In this document: one piece after another, positions 38,511-48,948 of the stretch | How the letters are laid out: every line of letters starts with the position of its first letter | How positions within the stretch are numbered: the first letter of the stretch is position 1 | Origin: Deltaproteobacteria bacterium | GTDB taxonomy: Bacteria; Desulfobacterota; Syntrophia; Syntrophales; JAAYKM01 | Assembly: GCA_012522415.1 (NCBI GenBank) | Contig: JAAYKM010000032.1 | Location: 2,414 to 66,413 of the forward strand | Reading direction: 5' to 3' | Length of the DNA: 64,000 nucleotides | Position numbers and translations under genes: made by a program | Notes under the pieces: model-generated | What the model saw: only the letters and a program-made list of their open reading frames with translations | What the model was told of the DNA's origin: nothing | Database searches by the model: none

Positions 38511-39832
38511 CGATGTATGTGTTGTTTTGTCGCATTTTTGTCCTGGTTTTTCTTTTACTCTTTTCCGGGTGCGCCTCTGAGCCCGTTCTCAGGAAGGACA
38601 CGTTGAAGCCCGTTCCCCCTCCCGTTGAATCCATGATGGAAGAGCCCCTTCCGACAGAGACGGCAGTGAGACGACAAACCGTCTATAGAAATACGGGGAT
38701 TGTGTACCCTCTTGTCCCGGTTCGATCTGGTGAGATTGTATTGACAGGAGATGATCTGGATATGGCATCGCTGCAACTGGCCATAGAGAGAAGCTTGGCC
38801 TACTATGACCGTCTGTCACCGGGTCTGCAGTATCGTATCGGAAGCACCCTTTATAGTGTCCAGGACCTGAAGGAATCTCTTTTGCTGTTCCTGCGAATCT
38901 GTCTTAACTCCGCCTCCATCGGGGAAAGGGATGAGAAAATCCGGGAGAATTTTGATATCTATCAGGCCACCCATGGCGAGCCGGGCAAAGTCGTTTTCAC
39001 TGGTTACTATGAACCGGAACTCAGAGGCTCGATGGAGCGAACGGAACAGTACCGCCACCCCATTTACCGGGTGCCGGATGATGCCGTCGTGGTCTCCCTG
39101 GGCAAGTTTTTTCCGAAATACAAAGGGGAAAGAATTATCGGCAGACTGGAAGACGGAGAGCTGCTACCATATCCCGCCAGAGCGGAGATCGATGGCGAAG
39201 GGTGCCTTGCGGGGAAGGGACTCGAGATCGTTTGGGTGGACGATCCGGTGGAACTTTTTTATCTCCATATCCAGGGTTCCGGAAAGATCATTCTTCCCGA
39301 TGGGACCGAAATCCGGATCAATTATGCCCAATCCAACGGCAGGGCTTTCAAAGGCGCCTCGTCGTGTCTGCTGAGAAGCGGGAAAATCACGTCATCCCAG
39401 ATGTCTCTTCGGTATGTGAAGCGATATCTGCAGGAACATCCGGAAGACCTTGACCTGCTCCATAAGAACGAAAGTTACATTTTTTTCAAGATCGTACCTG
39501 AGGGTCCGCTGGGGTCCCTCAACGTGCCGTTGACGGCGGGACGATCCCTGGCCGCGGATCCGGCTATTTTCCCCAAAGGAGGTCTTGTCTTCATCAGGGC
39601 CCGTAAACCCATTCTGAATGAGAAGGGGAATCTTCTGTCGTGGCAGCCCTTCGGCCGCTTCGCTCTTTTGCAGGACGCGGGCGGAATGATCAAGGGGCCG
39701 GGAAGAATCGATATTTTCTGCGGTTCCGGCAAGGGGGCGGAACACATTGCCGGCAGCATTAAAGAAAAGGGTAGTCTGTATTTCTTGATCAAAAAACCTG
39801 AGGCGGTTAAGGCAATGGAGCCGGCCCGATAA
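38507..39832 (+). CDS. mltA: membrane-bound lytic murein transglycosylase A
   Basis: Lipoprotein-like N-terminus (LLFSGCAS), an MltA-specific domain and a 3D domain (GGMIKGPGRIDIFCGSG). Confidence 0.82.
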   Translation: MTMYVLFCRIFVLVFLLLFSGCASEPVLRKDTLKPVPPPVESMMEEPLPTETAVRRQTVYRNTGIVYPLVPVRSGEIVLTGDDLDMASLQLAIERSLAYYDRLSPGLQYRIGSTLYSVQDLKESLLLFLRICLNSASIGERDEKIRENFDIYQATHGEPGKVVFTGYYEPELRGSMERTEQYRHPIYRVPDDAVVVSLGKFFPKYKGERIIGRLEDGELLPYPARAEIDGEGCLAGKGLEIVWVDDPVELFYLHIQGSGKIILPDGTEIRINYAQSNGRAFKGASSCLLRSGKITSSQMSLRYVKRYLQEHPEDLDLLHKNESYIFFKIVPEGPLGSLNVPLTAGRSLAADPAIFPKGGLVFIRARKPILNEKGNLLSWQPFGRFALLQDAGGMIKGPGRIDIFCGSGKGAEHIAGSIKEKGSLYFLIKKPEAVKAMEPAR

Positions 39833-40063
39833 CAGTTCACGTTGATTATTTTGGGTGCTGCATCTTTGAGGACGGTCATCCCTTCCCGTCAGTTCGGCAC
39901 TTACCGCATGGTCCCTTCGGAGAATATTATTCAGTCAGGTTTTGCCGTTGCTGCTGATGATCATCACGAACGAACCGGGGGGAATGATGAAGGATGAAAC
40001 AGGGCGGTTTTTTTACTGTGGGAAGCGTCAGTTGAACGCAGGAAAAGAGAGGGGGGTGGGACA

Positions 40064-40783
40064 ATGAAACTGAGAGTAATGATTTTGTCTTTTTTCATGA
40101 TCCTTATGGCGGCGAATGGACAGGCGGGGTTGCTTGGTGATTTTATAAAAGGGCTCTCTTCACCGGGTGTTTCGTCTCCTGACGCACAGACTACGGCATC
40201 GGGCCTGAAAGAGGCGCTGACAGTCGGTGCAGAGAAGGCGGTCGGACTGCTCTCAAGGGAGGATGGATATTTCGAGAATCATATGGTGAAGATCCTTGTA
40301 CCGAAACAGATTCAGAAGGTGGCGGATGTCCTGGTTAAAGTCGGGTATCGGCAACAGGTTGATGAGTTTGTCCTGAGCATGAACCGGGCGGCGGAAGCGG
40401 CTGCGCCGCAGGCCAAGGATATTTTTGTCAGTGCCGTGCGACAGATGACGTTCGAAGAGGCCATAAATATTCTCAGGGGTGATCAGACAGCCGCCACGGA
40501 GTATTTGAAATCGAAAACGTACAGTTCTCTTGCGGATCGTTTCAATCCAATCATTGCCGAAGCCATGGATAACTACGATGTTACCCGGCGCTACGAGTCA
40601 TTGATCGGGACCTACAGCAAAACACTTCCTTTTATCAACCTCGAATCCCTTGATCTTGATCGGTACGTGACCAATAAGGCTTTGGACGGTGTTTTCTATA
40701 TGATCGGGGAAGAGGAAAAGGAAATCAGGGCCAACCCAGCAGCCCGTGTAACGGATCTGTTGAAGACGGTTTTCGGTGGGTGA
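40064..40783 (+). CDS. DUF4197 domain-containing periplasmic protein
   Basis: Signal peptide; [31 protein letters not shown] resembles DUF4197 from memory. Confidence 0.55.
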   Translation: MKLRVMILSFFMILMAANGQAGLLGDFIKGLSSPGVSSPDAQTTASGLKEALTVGAEKAVGLLSREDGYFENHMVKILVPKQIQKVADVLVKVGYRQQVDEFVLSMNRAAEAAAPQAKDIFVSAVRQMTFEEAINILRGDQTAATEYLKSKTYSSLADRFNPIIAEAMDNYDVTRRYESLIGTYSKTLPFINLESLDLDRYVTNKALDGVFYMIGEEEKEIRANPAARVTDLLKTVFGG

Positions 40784-40903
40784 GCCCCCTGTTTCCCGTG
40801 GCGGCGAAACGATGAGTGCTCCTTTTGGGCGGATGCCATCTCTGTACGCCAGCCTTTCGACCCGGATGCGGTCCACACGAATATTTTTACGAAAGGGATT
40901 CTC

Positions 40904-41521
40904 TTGTCTGTGAATTTACCGAAAGCCAAGCCTTTCCTGGGGTTGAGGAAACTGTTTCACGTTCTGGTTTCCTCTATCGCCCCGCTTGCTTACTGGTATC
41001 TGCCATTCTGGATTCCAGTCATGGAAGTCCGAGATTTCGTATTGACGGTACTCTTGTTCGCCCTGATCGTCTTTCTCGTTTTAGACACGACAAGACTTCT
41101 GTTTCCCCCTGTAAACCGCTGGATCATGAAGCATTTTTCTGGCTTGATTCGTGAGACCGAAAGGAAAAAAATGACCGGTGCGACTTATACCTGCCTGTCC
41201 TTTCTTGTCGTGGTCTTTTTGTTTCCCCGGGACATTGCCGTTGCGGCCATGCTGTTCCTGACCTTGGGGGATACGGCGGCGGAAATAGCCGGCAATAATT
41301 GGGGACGGAAAAGATACCGGGGTCGCTCTCTGGAGGGGATGGCCGGATTCTTTACAGCGGTTCTGCCGTTGTCGTGGATAATTTTTCAAAACGGTGTCGT
41401 GGCTTTTACCGGAGCCGTCGTGGGGGCATGGATCGAATTTTTTTCCGTCGGTGTTGATGATAATCTGACGGTGCCGCTTCTTTCGGCGGCAGGACTCTGG
41501 TGCTTATCCTATGTTGTGTGA
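40904..41521 (+). CDS. CTP-dependent polyprenol/diacylglycerol kinase-family membrane protein (CdsA/SEC59/VTE5-like)
   Basis: 6 TM with GDTAAEIAGNNWGRKRY. TTG start. Confidence 0.5.
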   Translation: MSVNLPKAKPFLGLRKLFHVLVSSIAPLAYWYLPFWIPVMEVRDFVLTVLLFALIVFLVLDTTRLLFPPVNRWIMKHFSGLIRETERKKMTGATYTCLSFLVVVFLFPRDIAVAAMLFLTLGDTAAEIAGNNWGRKRYRGRSLEGMAGFFTAVLPLSWIIFQNGVVAFTGAVVGAWIEFFSVGVDDNLTVPLLSAAGLWCLSYVV

Positions 41522-41951
41522 TGGAGAGGAATCACCATGGGTGGACGATCCGGTGATAAAAACAGTCACGGCGGCGATTCTTGTCCATGAGGGAAAAATA
41601 TTGATTGCATGGCGCGGAGTAAATGATAGGCTTGCGGGTCACTGGGAATTTCCCGGCGGAACTTTGGAAGTCGGGGAATCCCCCGAAGACTGTCTGGCGA
41701 GGGAATTGCGGGAGGAATTCGCCATCGAAATCGAGGTGGGTACCTTTGTCGGCGAGAGCGTCTATCATTACAACCACGGTGCGATCTGTCTGATCGCCTA
41801 TCTGGCCCGCTGGAAGGGCGGCTCTCTTGAGTGCCGGGTCCATGAACGGTTCGCCTGGGTTCATATCGAGGAACTCGGGGGCTACGTGTTTTCCCCGGCG
41901 GATTTACCTTTTGTAAAATGTCTGCAACATGGTGAAATCAGCATAGATTAA
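41511..41951 (+). CDS. mutT: NUDIX hydrolase, MutT-like
   Basis: Nudix box GHWEFPGGTLEVGESPEDCLARELREEFAI. Confidence 0.82.
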   Translation: MLCDGEESPWVDDPVIKTVTAAILVHEGKILIAWRGVNDRLAGHWEFPGGTLEVGESPEDCLARELREEFAIEIEVGTFVGESVYHYNHGAICLIAYLARWKGGSLECRVHERFAWVHIEELGGYVFSPADLPFVKCLQHGEISID

Positions 41952-42070
41952 GAAACGTTACGCAGCGGGTATTTGCCGATCCAGCGATACCATGCTATGG
42001 GGAATGAGAGCATAAATTCGTATTTTTACGGAACCTGCCGGGAACGGGAAGGAGAGGCTGAGAGGCGATC

Positions 42071-42508
42071 ATGTTGGAGGAAGAGGGAATTGTTGTCGAG
42101 GCAGTCGGTACAACCGCGAGGGTGGTGATCGAGAAAAAAAACGCCTGCGAAACCTGTGCTGCCGTCGCTATATGTCATCCGTCTGCACAGGACTATGTCG
42201 AAGTGGAGAATCCCCTGGGGGCGGTCAAAGGTCAGAGGGTAAAAATCGTTGTGGAGCCGCAGCGGTATTTCAAAGCCTCTGTAATTCTCTATGGCGTTCC
42301 CGTTCTTGCTTTTATCGCCATGGCGTTGATGGGCAAACTCGCGGCGACTGCTTTACTGGGTGATACCCATTCCGATCTGTGGGCCTTTGTCGCCGCCTGT
42401 GCTGCCGTGGGGATCACTTACAAACTGATTATAAATTACCATCGTCGGACTTCCCGGAATCGTGCATACCATCCGGTCATTACGAAAATCATGGAGACCG
42501 GTGTATAG
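42071..42508 (+). CDS. rseC: RseC/MucC-family (SoxR-reducing system) membrane protein
   Basis: EEEGIVVEAVGTTARVVIEKKNACETCAAVAIC followed by two TM helices. Confidence 0.7.
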   Translation: MLEEEGIVVEAVGTTARVVIEKKNACETCAAVAICHPSAQDYVEVENPLGAVKGQRVKIVVEPQRYFKASVILYGVPVLAFIAMALMGKLAATALLGDTHSDLWAFVAACAAVGITYKLIINYHRRTSRNRAYHPVITKIMETGV

Positions 42509-42737
42509 GGGTCTGGTCGTATCGACCTCCGAGAGATCAAGGTGATAAGGGAAACCGGTCCGGGTTCGATTCACTTACCGATACGTCGATTGTTTTTTCC
42601 CTCGTGATCTTGGAGAGTTGTGGTGTGCCAGAGCCGTTTTTTGATCGGGAATGACTGTGGTTCCCCTCGGCTAGATTATGGGCAATCGTCTTGTAGGCGC
42701 TTTGAGAAGGGGCGATTCAAAATCTTTCATCCCCATC

Positions 42738-42765
42738 TTGACAGGATAGAATTGATGTTTATTAT
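42738..42765 (+). promoter_or_regulatory. sigma70-type promoter of groES-groEL
   Basis: TTGACA (42738-43), a 16-nt spacer and TATTAT (42760-65), about 70 nt upstream of the groES ATG. Confidence 0.5.
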
Positions 42766-42834
42766 AGCGTCGATTTAATTCCTAGGGAAAATCCATAACA
42801 AGAAATCATATAATTGAGAAAGGAGAGATTGGGG

Positions 42835-43128
42835 ATGAAAATCAGACCATTACAAGACAGGGTTATTGTGAAGCGTTTGGAAGAAGAGGAGAAAACCAAG
42901 GGAGGTATCATCATTCCGGATACAGCCAAGGAAAAGCCCATCGAGGGCGAGGTCATCGCGGTCGGCAAGGGCAAAATCCTGGAGGACGGCAAAGTCGCCA
43001 AACTGGACGTAAAAGTGGGTGACCGTGTGCTTTTCAGCAAGTACGGCGGTACGGAGGTGAAAATTGACGGTGTGGATTACCTCATCATGAGGGAAGACGA
43101 TATACTGGGCATCATTGATAAGAAATAA
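42835..43128 (+). CDS. groES: co-chaperonin GroES
   Basis: [35 protein letters not shown]...; AAAGGAGAG SD. Confidence 0.95.
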   Translation: MKIRPLQDRVIVKRLEEEEKTKGGIIIPDTAKEKPIEGEVIAVGKGKILEDGKVAKLDVKVGDRVLFSKYGGTEVKIDGVDYLIMREDDILGIIDKK

Positions 43129-43137
43129 CCGAGATAA

Positions 43138-44787
<1,650 letters not shown>

Positions 44788-44822
44788 CTGATTGTTGGAG
44801 ACATAGGCAAATGGTCAAGAAG

Positions 44823-44856
44823 GGCCTCCGATTGTTGCAAATCGGAGGCCTTTCTT
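44823..44856 (+). terminator. rho-independent terminator after groEL
   Basis: GGCCTCCGATT-GTTGCA-AATCGGAGGCC forms an 11-bp stem followed by TTTCTTACTTCTTCTT. Confidence 0.85.
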
Positions 44857-44922
44857 ACTTCTTCTTGAAAGACTATGGTTTATGTGGTAGTTAGGCAGCC
44901 AAATCTCCTGGAGGCGTTTTGA

Positions 44923-47724
44923 ATGGATTATAAAAGTACCTTGAATTTGCCTAAAACGGGCTTCCCCATGAAGGCCAATCTCTCCCAGAAAGAACCGGAG
45001 ATCCTCGGGCTTTGGGAAGATATGAGCATCTACACCTGCATCAGGGGCGCTTCCCGGAAGATGACACCATACATCTTGCATGACGGTCCTCCTTACGCCA
45101 ATGGGAACATTCATCTCGGCACGGCACTGAACAAAGTCATCAAAGATATCGTCATCAAGTCCAAAAATATGTCCGGTTTTGACTGTATTTATGTTCCGGG
45201 GTGGGATTGCCATGGCCTTCCTATAGAACATCAGGTGGATAAAGAACTGGGGGAGAAAAAAGGAACCCTGTCGCAGGTTGAAAAACGCTTGGCCTGCCGG
45301 AGTTATGCCGGAAAATTTGTTGACTTGCAGCGGAAGCAGTTCAAACGCCTCGGTGTGTTCGGGGACTGGGAAAAACCTTATCTCACCATGGAATACGACT
45401 ATGAGGCGACGACGGTTGAAGAATTCGGAAAACTCTACCTCAATGGCAGTGTCTATAAAGGGAAGAAACCCGTTTACTGGTGTGCCACCTGCAAAACCGC
45501 CCTGGCGGAAGCCGAAGTCGAATATGCGGAACATCATACGCCGTCGATTTATGTCAAATTTGCTGTGGTTTCCGATATAGCCGCCGTTCGCCCGAAGCTG
45601 GCGGGGGAAAAGGTCCATTTTGTCATCTGGACCACCACGCCTTGGACCATTCCGGCCAACTTGGCCATCGCTCTCCATGAAAAGTTCCTCTATGCGGCTG
45701 TAAAGGTCCGCGGCGAGGTACTCATCGTGGCCAAGGAACTCCTCGACTATTGTCTGGACGCTTTCGGCTGGCGTAATGAACCCCACGATATCCTGGATGA
45801 GTTTCTTGGAGTGGAGGCAGAGGGACAGCGCTGTCGTCATCCATTGTATGACCGGGAAAGCATCATCATTATCGCGCCCTTTGTCACCCTTGATGCCGGA
45901 ACCGGCTGTGTCCACATTGCCCCCGGCCACGGCCAGGAAGACTATGAAATCGGTATGCAATACGGGCTGGATAATTACGCGCCCGTCGATGTGGACGGCA
46001 GGTTTACTCCCGACGTCGAGTTCTTTTCCGGTCAGTTTGTCTTTGATGCCAACGAGGCGGTCAATGCGAAACTCGAAGAGCTGGGGAGCCTTCTCGGTAA
46101 CATTGATTTTGAGCATTCCTATCCACATTGCTGGCGATGTAAACAGCCGATCATTTTTCGTTCCACAGAACAGTGGTTCATTTCCATGGAGAAAAACGAT
46201 CTGCGAAGAAAGGCCCTTCAATGTATTGATAAGGTCGAGTGGATTCCCGGTTGGGGTCACGGCCGGATCTATGGGATGATCGAAAATCGCCCCGACTGGT
46301 GTATTTCCCGCCAGCGCCTGTGGGGTGTTCCCCTCACGATTTTTTACTGCGAACACTGCAACCAGGAATTGTTGACGAAAGAACTTCTGGATCGGCTGGT
46401 TGCCCTGATTAAAGAGCATGGCGCCGACGTCTGGTTTGAAAAAGACACGAAGGAGCTGATGTTTCCCGGTACGGTCTGCCCGGTATGCGGCCATGAACAT
46501 TTCCGGAAGGAAACAAACATTTTGGATGTATGGTTTGACTCCGGTGTAAGCCATGCCGCCGTGCTGGAGAGATGGCCCGACCTGTCGTCGCCGGCGGACA
46601 TGTATCTGGAAGGCAACGATCAGCATCGGGGATGGTTCCATTCGTCGCTTTTGGAGTGTGTCGGCACGCGGGGCCGGGCACCCTATAAAAGCGTCCTGAC
46701 ACATGGGTTCGTCGTGGACGGCGAAGGGAAAAAAATGTCCAAGTCGGTCGGCAATGTCATTGAGTCGCAGCAGATCATTGATCAGTATGGTGCGGAAATC
46801 CTCCGGCTCTGGGTGGCTTCTGAAGATTATACCGAAGATATCCGTGTTTCGGATGAAATTTTGAAGCGGCTTGTCGACGCCTACAGACGCATCCGCAATA
46901 CGGGACGCTATATTTTGGGTAATCTCAATGGTTTCGATCCCGATAAGGATTTATTGGAGATCGATGATCTCCAGGAAATGGATCGGTGGATTCTTCATCG
47001 TTTGCAGGAAGTCATCCGCCGGGTCCGGGGCGCTTACGAGGAGTTCCAGTTCCATGTGGCTTACTACACCCTCTATAATTTCTGTGCCGTCGATCTGAGC
47101 GCCCTGTATCTGGATGTGCTGAAGGACAGGCTCTACACATCCGGGACGAAATCGAAGGCAAGACGTTCAGCCCAGACGGCGATATACCGGATTCTCGATA
47201 CCATGGTTCGCCTGTTGGCGCCTATCCTGGCCTTCACTGCGGAAGAAATCTGGGCTGCCTTACCGGAATGCGCGGGTAAAGCAAAAAGTGTCCATTTGAC
47301 GCAGTTTCCATCGGTAGACGAACGCTTTCATGACGCAGAGTTGGCGGAACGCTGGAAAACCATGATTGCCGTCCGGGCGGAAGTTTCCAAAGTAATCGAA
47401 ACGGCCAGGCAGGGTAAAATAATCGGGCATTCCCTGGACGCCGCCGTGGATTTATCCTTGCCGCCGAAGCTGCTTGAAGCGCTTCATGGCTGTGAGGGGG
47501 ATATGCGTGCGTTGCTGATTGTTTCGCAACTGCAATTTGTCGATCGGGAACAACTGACCGATCCGACAGTCAGTGAAGCCATAGACGGTCTCATGATCTC
47601 TGTATCGAAAGCAAAGGGGCAAAAATGCGATCGTTGCTGGATTTACAGTCCGACTGTGGGGATGAATTCGGAACATCCCGCGATTTGCGCCCGATGCGCT
47701 GAGACGGTTTCTGAAATCGGCTGA
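44923..47724 (+). CDS. ileS: isoleucine--tRNA ligase
   Basis: 933 aa with HDGPPYANGNIHLGT (HIGH), KMSKS and a C-terminal zinc-binding CDRCW...CARC. Confidence 0.95.
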   Translation: MDYKSTLNLPKTGFPMKANLSQKEPEILGLWEDMSIYTCIRGASRKMTPYILHDGPPYANGNIHLGTALNKVIKDIVIKSKNMSGFDCIYVPGWDCHGLPIEHQVDKELGEKKGTLSQVEKRLACRSYAGKFVDLQRKQFKRLGVFGDWEKPYLTMEYDYEATTVEEFGKLYLNGSVYKGKKPVYWCATCKTALAEAEVEYAEHHTPSIYVKFAVVSDIAAVRPKLAGEKVHFVIWTTTPWTIPANLAIALHEKFLYAAVKVRGEVLIVAKELLDYCLDAFGWRNEPHDILDEFLGVEAEGQRCRHPLYDRESIIIIAPFVTLDAGTGCVHIAPGHGQEDYEIGMQYGLDNYAPVDVDGRFTPDVEFFSGQFVFDANEAVNAKLEELGSLLGNIDFEHSYPHCWRCKQPIIFRSTEQWFISMEKNDLRRKALQCIDKVEWIPGWGHGRIYGMIENRPDWCISRQRLWGVPLTIFYCEHCNQELLTKELLDRLVALIKEHGADVWFEKDTKELMFPGTVCPVCGHEHFRKETNILDVWFDSGVSHAAVLERWPDLSSPADMYLEGNDQHRGWFHSSLLECVGTRGRAPYKSVLTHGFVVDGEGKKMSKSVGNVIESQQIIDQYGAEILRLWVASEDYTEDIRVSDEILKRLVDAYRRIRNTGRYILGNLNGFDPDKDLLEIDDLQEMDRWILHRLQEVIRRVRGAYEEFQFHVAYYTLYNFCAVDLSALYLDVLKDRLYTSGTKSKARRSAQTAIYRILDTMVRLLAPILAFTAEEIWAALPECAGKAKSVHLTQFPSVDERFHDAELAERWKTMIAVRAEVSKVIETARQGKIIGHSLDAAVDLSLPPKLLEALHGCEGDMRALLIVSQLQFVDREQLTDPTVSEAIDGLMISVSKAKGQKCDRCWIYSPTVGMNSEHPAICARCAETVSEIG

Positions 47725-47727
47725 TAT

Positions 47728-48213
47728 ATGAAAAAGTACGGTCTGTTCGTTGTGACGGCGTTGTTGATTATCCTGTCCGACCAGTTGACCAAATACTGGA
47801 TTGACACCTCCATGACGCTCCACGATTCCATACCGGTCTTGCAGGGGTTCTTCAATCTTACCTATGTCCGGAATCCCGGTGCGGCTTTTGGTTTTCTTGC
47901 GCAGACTTCCCCGGCGTTCCGTTACACTTTCTTTATCGGCGTGAATATACTGGCGATTACCCTTATCCTCTTCTATCTTCGGAAAGCGGCCACGACCGAA
48001 TTCCGCTTGATTCTCGCCTTGGCGTGCATTATGGGGGGGGCGGTCGGCAATCTTATCGACCGGATTTGGTTTGGGGAGGTCCTTGATTTTCTCGATTTCT
48101 ATATTGGTACGCTGCACTGGCCCGCCTTCAACGTGGCCGATTCCTCCATTTCAGTGGGGGCCTGTTTGCTGGTTTGGGAACTCTGGAAACGGGGCAGACA
48201 GGCGAGCGTTTGA
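47728..48213 (+). CDS. lspA: lipoprotein signal peptidase II
   Basis: 161 aa, 4 TM, NPGAAFG and FNVADSSI motifs. Classic ileS-lspA linkage. Confidence 0.92.
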   Translation: MKKYGLFVVTALLIILSDQLTKYWIDTSMTLHDSIPVLQGFFNLTYVRNPGAAFGFLAQTSPAFRYTFFIGVNILAITLILFYLRKAATTEFRLILALACIMGGAVGNLIDRIWFGEVLDFLDFYIGTLHWPAFNVADSSISVGACLLVWELWKRGRQASV

Positions 48214-48294
48214 CCGGTCAAGCCAGCCTCGACCGGTTAACCGGTGTGATATCAAACTAAAAAAACAGCTGCGGCAAAGCTCAAAAGCATTTGA

Positions 48295-48567
48295 CCGCAG
48301 ACGACCAGGGAACGGCCATACCAGCCGGCACGGACTGCTTGCTGGGTAGAGGAGTATGAGCGGCGCTACCCGGACGCTATACGGCTTCTGAAGGAAGGTC
48401 TTAAGGATACCCCGCCGTTTCTGACTTTTCCCTTTCTTGATCATCGAAAGATCAGTTCTACCAACCTCATTGAACGCTTCCATCGCGAGATTGGGCGACG
48501 GTCCCGGGTTGTAGGCATCTTTCCCGGCATGGATGCCTGCCTTCGCCTGGGGTCACCACATACCTGA
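48295..48567 (+). mobile_element. C-terminal remnant of an IS256-family (Mutator-type) transposase
   Basis: The frame is open only for 48295-48564: ..WVEEYERRYPDAIRLLKEGLKDTPPFLTFPFLDHRKISSTNLIERFHREIGRRSRVVGIFPGMDACLRL. This matches the conserved IS256 transposase C-terminus from memory. No N-terminal part or inverted repeats were seen. Confidence 0.65.
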
Positions 48568-48948
48568 TTGCATATGTATATGGCGAGGATGTGACTGCGG
48601 ACATCCTGATCGTCGAAAAAATCGGGGCAACAGAGGTCCTGATAGCGGGCAAAGAGATCGCCGCCAAGGTGGCCAAAGGCATGATTTCTCCCAATGTACT
48701 TGACTATCTCCCTTCTCCCTTTGTCCGAGAAACATATGCTTTTTGAGATGGCTCCACCGAACAGTTTTTTGGGAAAATCCATCCGTGCCTTGGAGCTTCG
48801 GCGCCAGTACTATATCGAGGTTCTTGGGGTAAAGGAGAGCATTACCGATGAAGTGAAAATGATGTTCCGTGCAGGTTTCATCATCAAGGACGGGGGGATT
48901 CCGGTCGTGTTCGGCAAGGGAAAAGATATCAGAGAGAGCACGCAGTGA
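48552..48948 (+). pseudogene. 3' remnant of a TrkA/KtrA-type K+ transport regulator (RCK_C/TrkA-C), 5'-truncated and frameshifted
   Basis: ..ILIVEKIGATEVLIAGKEIAAKVAKGMISPNVLDYLP is in one frame. LSEKHMLFEMAPPNSFLGKSIRALELRRQYYIEVLGVKE..GFIIKDGGIPVVFGKGKDI follows in another frame (track ORF 48694..48948). The shift coincides with a tandem 7-bp duplication, CTCCCTT x2, at 48708-48721. Confidence 0.6.

Noticed and set aside
42557-42572. GGTCCGGGTTCGATTC, which looks like a tRNA T-arm (GGTTCGAWTCC)
   Set aside because: The 3' half of the T-stem does not pair (CACTT instead of CCCGG), and no acceptor, D or anticodon arms can be built around it. It is neither a tRNA nor a convincing att remnant.
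42701-42738. CCCCATCT (42731-42738) upstream of groES, which resembles the sigma32 -10 consensus. I also searched for a CIRCE/HrcA operator.
   Set aside because: No CTTGAAA-like -35 element lies at the required 13-17 nt spacing; the candidates are 8 or 22 nt away. No TTAGCACTC-N9-GAGTGCTAA inverted repeat was found. The overlapping TTGACA/TATTAT pair is the better-supported promoter.
44815-46704. 629-aa ORF antisense to ileS. Similar long antisense ORFs occur at 2435..3499, 6167..6955, 7997..8863, 9200..10048, 11263..11970, 43168..43968 and 639..1223.
   Set aside because: Each lies opposite a gene with unmistakable family motifs (IleS HIGH/KMSKS, EttA, GroEL and so on). All are Arg/Gly/His/Pro-rich with no motifs. 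Such shadow ORFs are typical of moderately GC-rich coding DNA.
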